Below, in pieces: positions 1 to 7,664 of a stretch of 64,000 nt of DNA. Below the pieces are notes generated by a model. It worked only from the letters and a program-made list of their open reading frames with translations. It was not told the origin of the DNA and searched no databases. Each line of letters begins with the position of its first letter. Positions within the stretch are counted from its first letter, which is position 1. The DNA is taken from assembly GCA_030647205.1 (NCBI GenBank), contig JAUSJO010000008.1, positions 28,770 to 92,769 on the forward strand, read 5' to 3'. Position numbers and translations under genes: made by a program. The stretch is from a bacterium (GTDB lineage: Bacteria; Patescibacteriota; CPR2; UBA1875; JAJYID01).

Positions 1-1
1 C

Positions 2-388
2 GGTGATAGTTCGGAAGTATCGGTGCTTCAAAACACGCCAAACATCGAATATAAGGCCTTTGGAAGCGGTGAGTGGATTTTGGAGGATACAGACAAGAGT
101 AAAGAGGCAAAAAACTGTCAGAACGCCCTCAAATACGTCAGAGGCAATCTTAAAAACTATGATGTGGTAGTTATCGATGAGGCGATAACGGCTGTGGACC
201 TGGGATTATTGGACGAAAGTGATATTCTGAGTATTTTAGCCGAAATCCCTGATGATAAGGAGGTTGTACTGACGGGCAGAGGGGCGACGGAAAAATTGAT
301 TGAACGTGCGGATTTAGTTTCAGAGATGAAAAAAATAAAACATTATTATGATAAAGGCGTTGAGGCCAGAAAGGGAATCGAGTTATGA
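2..388 (+). CDS. ATP:cob(I)alamin adenosyltransferase (CobO/BtuR family), C-terminal part; the gene starts upstream of the window
   Basis: The open frame runs to the 5' edge of the window. The C-terminal sequence 'VVVIDEAITAVDLGLL...VVLTGRGATEKLIERADLVSEMKKIKHYYDKGVEARKGIEL' matches the conserved CobO/BtuR C-terminus (hhDE, VVLTGR, IKH...G(I/V)xARKGIEF). The stop codon is TGA. Confidence 0.7.
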   Translation, partial: GDSSEVSVLQNTPNIEYKAFGSGEWILEDTDKSKEAKNCQNALKYVRGNLKNYDVVVIDEAITAVDLGLLDESDILSILAEIPDDKEVVLTGRGATEKLIERADLVSEMKKIKHYYDKGVEARKGIEL

Positions 389-1026
389 AGGAGATCAGTT
401 GGAGGGTGAAAAAAGGATGGGTTTATCTTCTTGGGATATGTCTAATACTTGGAGTTGTGGCTATAGGGCTGCAAGACTCAAGTATGAAAGCAGAAGGGGC
501 GCAAGATCCTTCTGTAAGTAGCGAAAGTACAGTCACTGACAGTACTGAGGCTAAAAACGAACCTGTAAGCACAAATACTGTTCCAAAAAAGAGCGAAAAT
601 CAGCCGCAAAATAAGCCTTCAGGTACAAAGGCAAAGCCGGTAACAACGGTTCGAGAGATTCAAGCAGGTGGTGTTGCGACGGCTCAAGTTCAAACAGTAA
701 GCGCAGTTGCTCCTACAGTTGTCACACCGGTACAGAAAGATACGGTCGAGATGAATATCTCGGGTCTTGGAACCTATAAAGTAGAAATAGCTAAAGGCGA
801 GAACGCTTTTCAGGCGCTTCAGGCGGCTGCAAACCAAAACGGTTTTATTGTTGAGTACAAAATGTATTCATGGGGGAATATGATAACAAAGATAGGCGCA
901 TCAAAAGCTCAAGGGACCTACTACTGGGCTCTTTACTACAATGGTGGTTACTCAATGGTCGGAGCAAGCGACCTGATATTAAAAAATAATGATAAAGTAG
1001 AGTGGAGGTATGAATCATGGATGTAA
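385..1026 (+). CDS. Secreted or membrane-anchored protein with a C-terminal DUF4430 (transcobalamin-like) domain
   Basis: It has an N-terminal TM or signal segment, then a low-complexity S/T/P/Q linker. The C-terminal ~90 aa ('YKVEIAKGENAFQALQAA...YYWALYYNGGYSMVGASDLILKNNDKVEWRYE') resembles DUF4430, which is often found next to cobalamin genes. It overlaps the CobO stop by 4 nt. Confidence 0.6.
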   Translation: MKEISWRVKKGWVYLLGICLILGVVAIGLQDSSMKAEGAQDPSVSSESTVTDSTEAKNEPVSTNTVPKKSENQPQNKPSGTKAKPVTTVREIQAGGVATAQVQTVSAVAPTVVTPVQKDTVEMNISGLGTYKVEIAKGENAFQALQAAANQNGFIVEYKMYSWGNMITKIGASKAQGTYYWALYYNGGYSMVGASDLILKNNDKVEWRYESWM

Positions 1027-1580
1027 GAGTTAAGTCTGTTTTAGCAAAAATTGATGAGAATGCAGTTGCTATACTGCTCGTTATCGTCGCAGTATCAACA
1101 AGGCTTTTGCCTCATCCGGCGAACTTTGCCGCTGTGGGCGCTGTAGCGCTTTTCTCAGGGACTTATTTAAAGAAAAAGTATGCTCTCTGGCTGCCGCTTA
1201 TTATTATGATGGTCTCAGACGTTATTATAGGCCTTCATAACCTCATTCTATTCACTTGGGGAAGCTTCATCTTGATGGGGTGTATCGGTCTTTGGGTAAG
1301 GAAGAATAAAAACGTGCAAAACGTGATTTTTGGTACTATTACCGGCTCACTTGTTTTCTTCTTCGTCACTAACTTTGCAGTGTGGGCGTTTACTCCGTTT
1401 TATGCAAAGACGCTGCAGGGGCTTTTGCAGTGTTTCGTACTGGCGCTTCCTTTCTTTAGGAACTCTCTCGCCGGAGATGTCTTCTATGTTGGAGTGCTAT
1501 ATGGTGCATATGAAGGTGCGATATATCTCTTACCGAGACTAAAGAAAAACATGGGCTTAGTCCAAGCAACGAATAAATAA
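1017..1580 (+). CDS. Polytopic membrane protein, possibly an ECF-transporter S-component-like substrate-capture protein
   Basis: It has 5-6 predicted hydrophobic helices across 187 aa and overlaps the DUF4430 gene by 10 nt. A role in cobalamin uptake is inferred from context only. Confidence 0.45.
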   Translation: MDVRVKSVLAKIDENAVAILLVIVAVSTRLLPHPANFAAVGAVALFSGTYLKKKYALWLPLIIMMVSDVIIGLHNLILFTWGSFILMGCIGLWVRKNKNVQNVIFGTITGSLVFFFVTNFAVWAFTPFYAKTLQGLLQCFVLALPFFRNSLAGDVFYVGVLYGAYEGAIYLLPRLKKNMGLVQATNK

Positions 1581-1630
1581 ATTATTCAAATAGTTATTCC
1601 AAAGAACTAAAAATTATTTTGTGTCAAATA

Positions 1631-1664
1631 CCATAGCTTTTTTACCGGAGCTATGGTATTTTTA
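1631..1664 (+). terminator. Rho-independent terminator
   Basis: Hairpin ccatagc-N12-gctatgg followed by TATTTTT. Confidence 0.5.
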
Positions 1665-1683
1665 GCGCAGATAAAATGAAAAA

Positions 1684-2505
1684 ATGAATAAAGCAGAAGA
1701 AAAAATAAATATTTTTCTGGAAGCCATTCCTTGGCTAAAAGACTTTAAGGGTAAGATTTTTGTATTGAAATATGGCGGAGAGCTGCTTGCGAGTGAGGAA
1801 AATCTTAAAAATATTGCCGGTGATATAGATCTTTTGTGTACTCTTGGTATTCACACAGTCGTTGTTCATGGCGGAGGACCGCAACTTGATGCGCAGTTAG
1901 ATAAAAGGGAGATTAAGTTTGAGAAAAAAGGCGGTATGCGCATATACTCAAAGGAAATCTTAGATGTTTCTCAAAAGGTATTTACTGAAGTTGCAAAGGA
2001 AGTCAGACACAACATAGATGCTCATAAAGTAAAGACAAAACTTATTCCTTATGAATATATTCACGTAAAACGTTCTAAAGAGTTGGGATTTGTGGGTAAA
2101 GTGACATCCATCGACCCCATTTTTGCCAAAATGATTACTGGTCATCTTGTTCCCATAATGCCGCTTTTTGGCTGGGACGAAGAGGGAAATCTTTGCAATG
2201 TGAATGCAGATGATATGGCGGTGTCGGTCGCAGAAATGCTTGGTGCAGAAAAGCTAATTATCCATACATCGGTTGACGGGGTTTTGGATGACAAAGGCAA
2301 GACTATTACTCATTTGGACGTAGATACTGCAGAGAGAATGATTAAAGAGCGTCACATAAGAGGAGGGATGATACCAAAAGTTCTTCATGCAATAGAGTCT
2401 GAGAAAGTGGGGAAAATCCATATAATTAACGGGAATATCCCTCATGCGCTTTTATATGAAGTATTCACCAAAGAGGGTATAGGAACTGAGATAGTTCGGG
2501 ATTAG
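1684..2505 (+). CDS. argB: Amino-acid kinase family protein, acetylglutamate kinase-like (ArgB/LysZ-like)
   Basis: 'FVLKYGGELL' and 'HTVVVHGGGPQLDAQL' match ArgB signature motifs (VVHGGGPQI). No other arg genes are nearby, so the assignment at family level is firm but the specific substrate is not. Confidence 0.7.
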   Translation: MNKAEEKINIFLEAIPWLKDFKGKIFVLKYGGELLASEENLKNIAGDIDLLCTLGIHTVVVHGGGPQLDAQLDKREIKFEKKGGMRIYSKEILDVSQKVFTEVAKEVRHNIDAHKVKTKLIPYEYIHVKRSKELGFVGKVTSIDPIFAKMITGHLVPIMPLFGWDEEGNLCNVNADDMAVSVAEMLGAEKLIIHTSVDGVLDDKGKTITHLDVDTAERMIKERHIRGGMIPKVLHAIESEKVGKIHIINGNIPHALLYEVFTKEGIGTEIVRD

Positions 2506-2870
2506 GCCGTTTTGTCATCCTGAAGTATGGAGGATCTATGGTTCGTCATTCCGGACTTCCTGCCCGACCTGAACGGTCGTTCGGGCGGGGATCCGGAATC
2601 TAGGATAATTAAACCTGCTAAAGTAGTCATTATCATTATCCACTTTTTTAGAAAAAGTGGAGCAAAAATCGCGGCTTAGACGGTCTCTCAAAGTGTCGTC
2701 TGGTTCGCTCTCTCATCTTTAAAAAAATTAACTCGTTTCACTCAGACAAAATTATTTTTAAAGGTTCGTTTACTCCCAGACTTCCTTTTCGAGCCGATAG
2801 CCGCAAGAGAGTTCTCTTTGAAAAAATCACGCCGGGAAGAGAAATTTATTCGTGATGTCGGGATGTTTTG
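2506..2870 (+). repeat. Intergenic repeat copy A (~365 nt), hairpin-rich; candidate structured RNA or leader
   Basis: It aligns along its length with 4524-4850; shared blocks include tttttagaaaaagt, aaaaatcgcg.ctta, caaagtgtcg, ttcgctc, gaaaaaat.aactcg, ctcagacaa.attatttt, gacttcct.ttgaaaaaatca.gcgg and gtgatg.cgggaKg. Its 5' 35 nt are shared with the reverse complement of 25052-25111. It contains the hairpin ccacttttt-tag-aaaaagtgg at 2640-2660. Confidence 0.75.
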
Positions 2871-3223
2871 TATTTGACACAAGGGAAGCTATTTATGCTA
2901 TTATGAGTTTATACAAAATAACCTTTCATGGAGGGGTTTTGAACAAACTTGTCAAATATATGCTCATAGTTTTTGTCGCATTCAACGTTCTCGGTGGAAC
3001 TGTTTTGGGCTTGCATGATTATTCGCAGGATAAAGATGCAAAAAAGGCATTTCGAAATTTTTATGCAAATGATACGGCGGTGATGGGAGCATATGACAAA
3101 AAACTATCAAACTCTTTAAACAAATATGAAACTGATTTTATCGTTGTGGTGGCTTTTGTGGCCCTTTTGGGTATTTTATATTCATTCAGCAAGAGGGAAT
3201 ATATCAAGAAACATAAAAAGTAA
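2852..3223 (+). CDS. Small membrane protein; the start is uncertain (internal ATG at 2903 or 2960). It has a weak DUF378-like motif.
   Basis: It has two hydrophobic helices. 'FVAFNVLGGTVLGLHDYS' loosely resembles the DUF378 core 'IGALNWGLVGLFDYN' of the 4923 product. There is no clear SD. Confidence 0.45.
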   Translation: MMSGCFVFDTREAIYAIMSLYKITFHGGVLNKLVKYMLIVFVAFNVLGGTVLGLHDYSQDKDAKKAFRNFYANDTAVMGAYDKKLSNSLNKYETDFIVVVAFVALLGILYSFSKREYIKKHKK

Positions 3224-3295
3224 TATTTTGTGAGTTTAAACATAAACATTGAACTTGAAAACCTGTAAGATAATTTCAAAGAAAAGAGGAATATA

Positions 3296-3724
3296 ATGGA
3301 AGAAGTCAAAAAATATGCTGACAGTATCTCTGCTGAACTTTCGGAGAAGAAAGGCGTCTGGACGCTTACAAAGGTAGTTGCGGAAAGAAAGGCATTCTTA
3401 AGCAAAAAGAAACTGGAGTATATCGCCAAGTTTAGATTTGATGATGAGAACAAAGAGATTCGATTTACGGAAATGCTCAAAGAGTCGGGCTCGGGTATTT
3501 CTAGCGGCGATATGGATGATATGTCTCCCGGTTTTGGATTTAAGGCGGGAACCTACAAAACGGGCATGGGCGGGAGAGAAGGTAGTATAAAAGAGCAGTC
3601 AAATCTTTTCGGCAAGGATTATAGCTATGAATTTAAATTCGAAGAAATTAGAGCAAAAATAGAAGAAATCGCAAAAAATAAAGGTTATGACTTCAAATAT
3701 CAAATAACGTCAAAAGGTCTTTAA
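3296..3724 (+). CDS. Hypothetical protein
   Basis: 142-aa ORF with an SD-like 'aaagaggaa' upstream. No recognisable domain. Confidence 0.5.
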   Translation: MEEVKKYADSISAELSEKKGVWTLTKVVAERKAFLSKKKLEYIAKFRFDDENKEIRFTEMLKESGSGISSGDMDDMSPGFGFKAGTYKTGMGGREGSIKEQSNLFGKDYSYEFKFEEIRAKIEEIAKNKGYDFKYQITSKGL

Positions 3725-3737
3725 GAAAGGAGTAGTC

Positions 3738-4523
3738 ATGAAAAAAGGTTTAATCATCGGGGGTGCGGTTCTCACAGTGGTGGTTTTGATTTTAGGATAC
3801 GGTTTTTATAATGCGTCGAAAGTACGCTCATACGCTAAGGATGTGGATGCGATAATTACAGAGAGTGATGCGACTTGGAATACAAAAGAGATCGAGAAAA
3901 GCTCGAGTTCGATTACGGATCTGCAAAAAGAAATGAACAAAGTAAAGACTGACTCGGAGGTACAACTCGCAAAACTAAACAGTATGAGCGCGCCGGGAAA
4001 AGCAAAAGATCTGGAAAAGAAAACGAAAGAGTATTTTGTTCTTGCAAAAAATGTCGCAGACCAGACAGCTACATTTTTGGAATATGTCAAAGTTGTGGAA
4101 GCATCAGGGAACGACTTGAAAAACATCGATAGCGGCGCCACGACACCTTCAGCAGCTGGTGTTGCAGCAACATTTACGAAAATGCACAATGCCTTGTCGG
4201 CAACTATCACGAAGCTTGAAGCGGCAACTCCCCCGTCATCTATGAAAGATTTTCACGACAAATACATCGCAGCTCTAAAAAAAATGGATGCGGCGATAGT
4301 AAAAGGTATCGACTATGCAAATGCAAACCAGCTGGATAAGCTTAGTACCATTACTACTGATTTAGACGGGGCAGTTAAAGATCTAAATGCCATCAAAACT
4401 CCGTCGAACGACACTATTCTCGAAGACTTGGTAACAAAGGCAAATAAAGACAAGCTAGACAAATATCCAGATCAAATAAAGGCCGAAGCACAGAAACTGG
4501 AAAAGACAATCATTAGTTACTAG
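3738..4523 (+). CDS. Hypothetical membrane-anchored or secreted protein
   Basis: It has an N-terminal TM helix (LIIGGAVLTVVVLILGYGF), SD 'aaggag', and a helical, K/E/A-rich body. Confidence 0.55.
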   Translation: MKKGLIIGGAVLTVVVLILGYGFYNASKVRSYAKDVDAIITESDATWNTKEIEKSSSSITDLQKEMNKVKTDSEVQLAKLNSMSAPGKAKDLEKKTKEYFVLAKNVADQTATFLEYVKVVEASGNDLKNIDSGATTPSAAGVAATFTKMHNALSATITKLEAATPPSSMKDFHDKYIAALKKMDAAIVKGIDYANANQLDKLSTITTDLDGAVKDLNAIKTPSNDTILEDLVTKANKDKLDKYPDQIKAEAQKLEKTIISY

Positions 4524-4850
4524 TATTCTGCTATAGTCCCCTCGTCTTGTCATTCCCGTGGAGGCGGGAATCCAGTCTTGAAATAGTTTCTACTTCTTTA
4601 GAATTCATTTATTACTTTTTTAGAAAAAGTAATACAAAAATCGCGACTTATGGCGGCGACAAAGTGTCGGATTTCAGTTCGCTCAGGTTTGAAAAAATGA
4701 ACTCGCTAGAACGCTCAGACAACATTATTTTCAAATCTTCGTTCACTTTATCCTCGCTTTGTCTTCGATAGTCGCAGGAGACCATTTGCCCGTAGACTTC
4801 CTTTGAAAAAATCATGCGGATTGAGAATTTTTCTGTGATGGCGGGAGGTA
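4524..4850 (+). repeat. Intergenic repeat copy B (~325 nt), homologous to 2506-2870
   Basis: It aligns with copy A with one ~40-nt indel. Its hairpin ttacttttt-tag-aaaaagtaa (4612-4632) preserves the copy-A stem by compensatory changes (cc/gg to tt/aa). Its 5' hairpin cattcccg-N5-cgggaatc is analogous to the copy-A gtcattccgg...ccggaatc hairpin. Confidence 0.75.
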
Positions 4851-4922
4851 AGTTTTGGAACTTTAACCATAAACATTCTCTCCTGACTTTCTATAATTAA
4901 AATAGGAAAATATAGAGAGGAG

Positions 4923-5141
4923 GTGAGGGAAATGAAAATGAACTGGCTTGATTGGACTACGGGCGTTTTGGTCATCATTGGAGCGCTAAACTGGGGACTT
5001 GTCGGACTCTTTGACTATAACCTAGTGTCGGCGATTCTTGGTGATATGACATTTCTGACGAGGACAGTGTATGTTCTTGTAGGTATAAGCGGTCTTTATA
5101 TGATCTATAGCTTGGCAACAAAGTCTATGGTGAAAGAATAA
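4923..5141 (+). CDS. DUF378 family small membrane protein
   Basis: 'GVLVIIGALNWGLVGLFDYNLVSAILG...YVLVGISGLY' is a typical DUF378 sequence. It has the strong SD 'gagaggaggtgaggg'. Confidence 0.75.
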   Translation: MREMKMNWLDWTTGVLVIIGALNWGLVGLFDYNLVSAILGDMTFLTRTVYVLVGISGLYMIYSLATKSMVKE

Positions 5142-5213
5142 ATGTTTTGTAGGTCATGAGCAAACATCCCAATATCTTCTTGGTATCGGGATGTTTTGTG
5201 TTAAAATGTTTTT

Positions 5214-5480
5214 ATGAAATTGAGAATATTTATTCAAGGTGACGCCCCCGAAATGCGCGATGCGAAAGATCTTGCAGATAGGGTCAAGGATTCTGTTGTA
5301 GATAATGTAGACATTGAAACCCTAGATATAGAGGACCGTGAGGGTAAGGAAGTCGCAGAGGTTTATGATATTACAACTGTCCCATCCTTTTTGGTTACGA
5401 CCGATGACGGAGTTTTTATAAACTCATGGGTAGGCAAGATCCCTGCAGAGTTTGAACTAAAGGGTGCAATAGGAGTATGA
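5214..5480 (+). CDS. Small thioredoxin-fold-like protein without a CxxC motif
   Basis: 88 aa; 'VPSFLVTTDDGVFINSWVGKIP' resembles the thioredoxin-family beta3-alpha region. It has no cysteines, so redox activity is unlikely. Confidence 0.4.
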   Translation: MKLRIFIQGDAPEMRDAKDLADRVKDSVVDNVDIETLDIEDREGKEVAEVYDITTVPSFLVTTDDGVFINSWVGKIPAEFELKGAIGV

Positions 5481-5734
5481 ATACAACAGTGTTTTTAAAG
5501 AATGCCTTTGATTTTCTCTCTTCGGCTATCTTTGTCCTGGTATTTGTCAGAATTATTTTGAGTTGGATGCCGAATGCTCGTAATGCTCTGACTCAATTTG
5601 TTTTTGATATTACAGAACCAATTTTGAAACCTTTCAGAATATTTAATCCCAAAAACTCTCCTCTTGATTTCTCACCGATTATTGTAGTTATTTTGATTGA
5701 AGTGGCTAGGAATATACTGATGAGATTTATTTGA
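5477..5734 (+). CDS. yggT: YggT family membrane protein
   Basis: 'VFVRIILSWMPNARN...ITEPILKPFR' matches the YggT/Ycf19 signature. 85 aa with two TM helices. Confidence 0.75.
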   Translation: MNTTVFLKNAFDFLSSAIFVLVFVRIILSWMPNARNALTQFVFDITEPILKPFRIFNPKNSPLDFSPIIVVILIEVARNILMRFI

Positions 5735-5791
5735 CATTGGGAAAATCGGGTAATATAGTAACAAAAGTAAAACTTAAAGAAAGGGAAAATT

Positions 5792-6052
5792 ATGAGTACA
5801 GAAACTATGCCACAATCAACAGAAAACAGTTTTGAGGGTGCTGACAATGACGAGTTGGCGCGAAGAATCAGTGACATTGATAATGCACTGCAGGTATATT
5901 CAGACGGTGAAGAGTCTAACTTAAAAAGAGGGGAAATGAGACGGGATCTTTTTGAGGAGCTAGAAAGAAGAATGAACGGAGACACTGCGGCGGCAGCAGA
6001 TCTTGTGGAACGGATTGGGGCAGAAAACCTGAATGACGAACTAGCAGCTTAG
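5792..6052 (+). CDS. Hypothetical acidic protein
   Basis: 86-aa ORF with SD 'aaagggaaaa'. No known domain. Confidence 0.45.
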   Translation: MSTETMPQSTENSFEGADNDELARRISDIDNALQVYSDGEESNLKRGEMRRDLFEELERRMNGDTAAAADLVERIGAENLNDELAA

Positions 6053-6058
6053 GTTAAA

Positions 6059-6283
6059 ATGAAGGTTCAAGTTAAAGTTAAAACTGGCGCAAGACAAGAT
6101 TGCGTCAGTTTTGATGAAGAAAAAAATCTCTACATAGTTTCTACAAAAATCCCTCCGATTGAAGGACGGGCAAATGAAGCAGTTATAAAACTACTTGCCG
6201 GATATTTTAAAGTGCCAAAATCGGAAGTGACTTTAAAAACAGGGCAGAAATCAAAAATTAAAGTTTTTGAGATTGACGACTAA
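6059..6283 (+). CDS. yggU: DUF167 (YggU) family protein
   Basis: 'VKVKTGARQD...VSTKIPPIEGRANEAVIKLLAGYFKVPKSEVTLKTGQKSKIKVFEI' matches the YggU/DUF167 consensus. Pairing with yggT is the conserved arrangement. Confidence 0.8.
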   Translation: MKVQVKVKTGARQDCVSFDEEKNLYIVSTKIPPIEGRANEAVIKLLAGYFKVPKSEVTLKTGQKSKIKVFEIDD

Positions 6284-6681
6284 GTATTAAAATACTCAGC
6301 TACTTCCGGTGGCCAAAGTGAGTTTGCTTTTTCAGAGCAAACTGTATGAATATCATCTTTTTGTATATATTTAACGTCTGTTAGGTCATCTCCCGGACAT
6401 AAAGCATGTGTGAGAGGTCTACATAAATACCACCGCGCAACTCTTTCTGTTTCTGCAACAACTGTTTCGCCAAAGAACTTTATAACCTCGATAGCTATGC
6501 CGGCCTCTTCCATTACTTCTCTGATGAGTCCCTGCTCCTCGGTTTCATTATCTTCCAAACTACCACCGGGAATATGCCAAGCTTCACTCAAAGGATGGCC
6601 TTTGGTTTTCATCTTCTTGCCAACCAAGACTTTTCCCTCGTGTTCAACGACTGCTACTATTGCTTTTCTATAATTTTTCAT
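6280..6681 (-). CDS. NUDIX hydrolase
   Basis: It has the Nudix box 'GGSLEDNETEEQGLIREVMEEAGI' (GX5EX7REUXEEXGU). Confidence 0.85.
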   Translation of the reverse strand: MKNYRKAIVAVVEHEGKVLVGKKMKTKGHPLSEAWHIPGGSLEDNETEEQGLIREVMEEAGIAIEVIKFFGETVVAETERVARWYLCRPLTHALCPGDDLTDVKYIQKDDIHTVCSEKANSLWPPEVAEYFNT

Positions 6682-6822
6682 TTTTATCCTGACTTTTTAT
6701 TATTATAGCAACATTTGATTATTACCGCTAAAGAAAGTATAATAAGCTCAGATCGGAGGGGTTGAAAAAACTTTTTCCGATTTTTTTGTACTTTGAATGC
6801 AATCCTGAAAAAGGAGATTTAA

Positions 6823-7530
6823 ATGAGTCAGGACGCCAAAACATTGCAAGTAGTTGATGGAACTTCAGAACAGTTTCAAAAGAGCTTGGAAGATATTATG
6901 CTGGTTCTTGATCAGACTATAGCAGGGAGGAGAAGTATAACAGTTACTGACTTCCAGGGAAAGGATGAAGCATATCACGTGGTTTTGAAAAGAAACCGTT
7001 TCGAGCTGGTAACCTTAAAAGGTGAGACTGCTCGTATAAAGGCCAGTATTATTAAGGAGCTTGATAGTGACTTTCTGTGCTCTGTCGTCGGATCTTTGGT
7101 TGAAAGTAGCAACTCGCTTCTAATGGCAGAAGACATAGGTAGGATAAAGGTGCTGATAGACCTTTTCGAATCACTCGACAATACAAGATGGGTTTATGAG
7201 TTTGATGTTGATCGTGTATTGATACGGCACACCAGTCAAGAAACCTGTTCGGCGGACCGGTCAATAGGTACCATGTTCACTTCTCGCCCCGGGATAGAAA
7301 TATTCTACAGAGCCCTTGAAAATTTTACAGAAAGGGCCACAGGGAAAAAGAAAGAGCTTGAAGATAGTATTGCGGCTCAAAGTGATGACGTGGCGATTCT
7401 TAGCTCTGATATAGAGGAGGCACAAGGTATCTTGGGTGTCCTAATGGAGAGACGGGAATGGCGCCCTTCTTCATCGGAAGGTGAATTTGATGCTCCAGAT
7501 ACTTCCCCCGACGAGGATATCCCGTTCTAG
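6823..7530 (+). CDS. Hypothetical protein
   Basis: 235-aa ORF with SD 'aaaaaggag'. It is followed by the terminator at 7558-7590. Confidence 0.55.
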   Translation: MSQDAKTLQVVDGTSEQFQKSLEDIMLVLDQTIAGRRSITVTDFQGKDEAYHVVLKRNRFELVTLKGETARIKASIIKELDSDFLCSVVGSLVESSNSLLMAEDIGRIKVLIDLFESLDNTRWVYEFDVDRVLIRHTSQETCSADRSIGTMFTSRPGIEIFYRALENFTERATGKKKELEDSIAAQSDDVAILSSDIEEAQGILGVLMERREWRPSSSEGEFDAPDTSPDEDIPF

Positions 7531-7557
7531 AGAAGAAATCTCCAAAGTAATAAATGA

Positions 7558-7590
7558 GCGGCTGTGTGGAAACACAGCCGCTTTTCTCTT
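7558..7590 (+). terminator. Rho-independent terminator
   Basis: gcggctgtgtgg-aaa-cacagccgc followed by TTTTCTCTT. Confidence 0.75.
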
Positions 7591-7593
7591 TGT

Positions 7594-7622
7594 TTGACCT
7601 TGGTGGGTAAACAAAGTATAAT
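7594..7622 (+). promoter_or_regulatory. Sigma70-like promoter for ileS
   Basis: TTGACC, a 17-nt spacer, then TATAAT, about 40 nt upstream of the ileS ATG. Confidence 0.6.
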
Positions 7623-7664
7623 ATTTGTGCCTTAAGTAGGCACATTTTATTTAATTTATAAGTT

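Noticed and set aside
3061-3480. 139-aa minus-strand ORF spanning two plus-strand genes
   Set aside because: It overlaps two SD-supported plus-strand genes and the intergenic region. It is S/F/L-rich antisense artefact.
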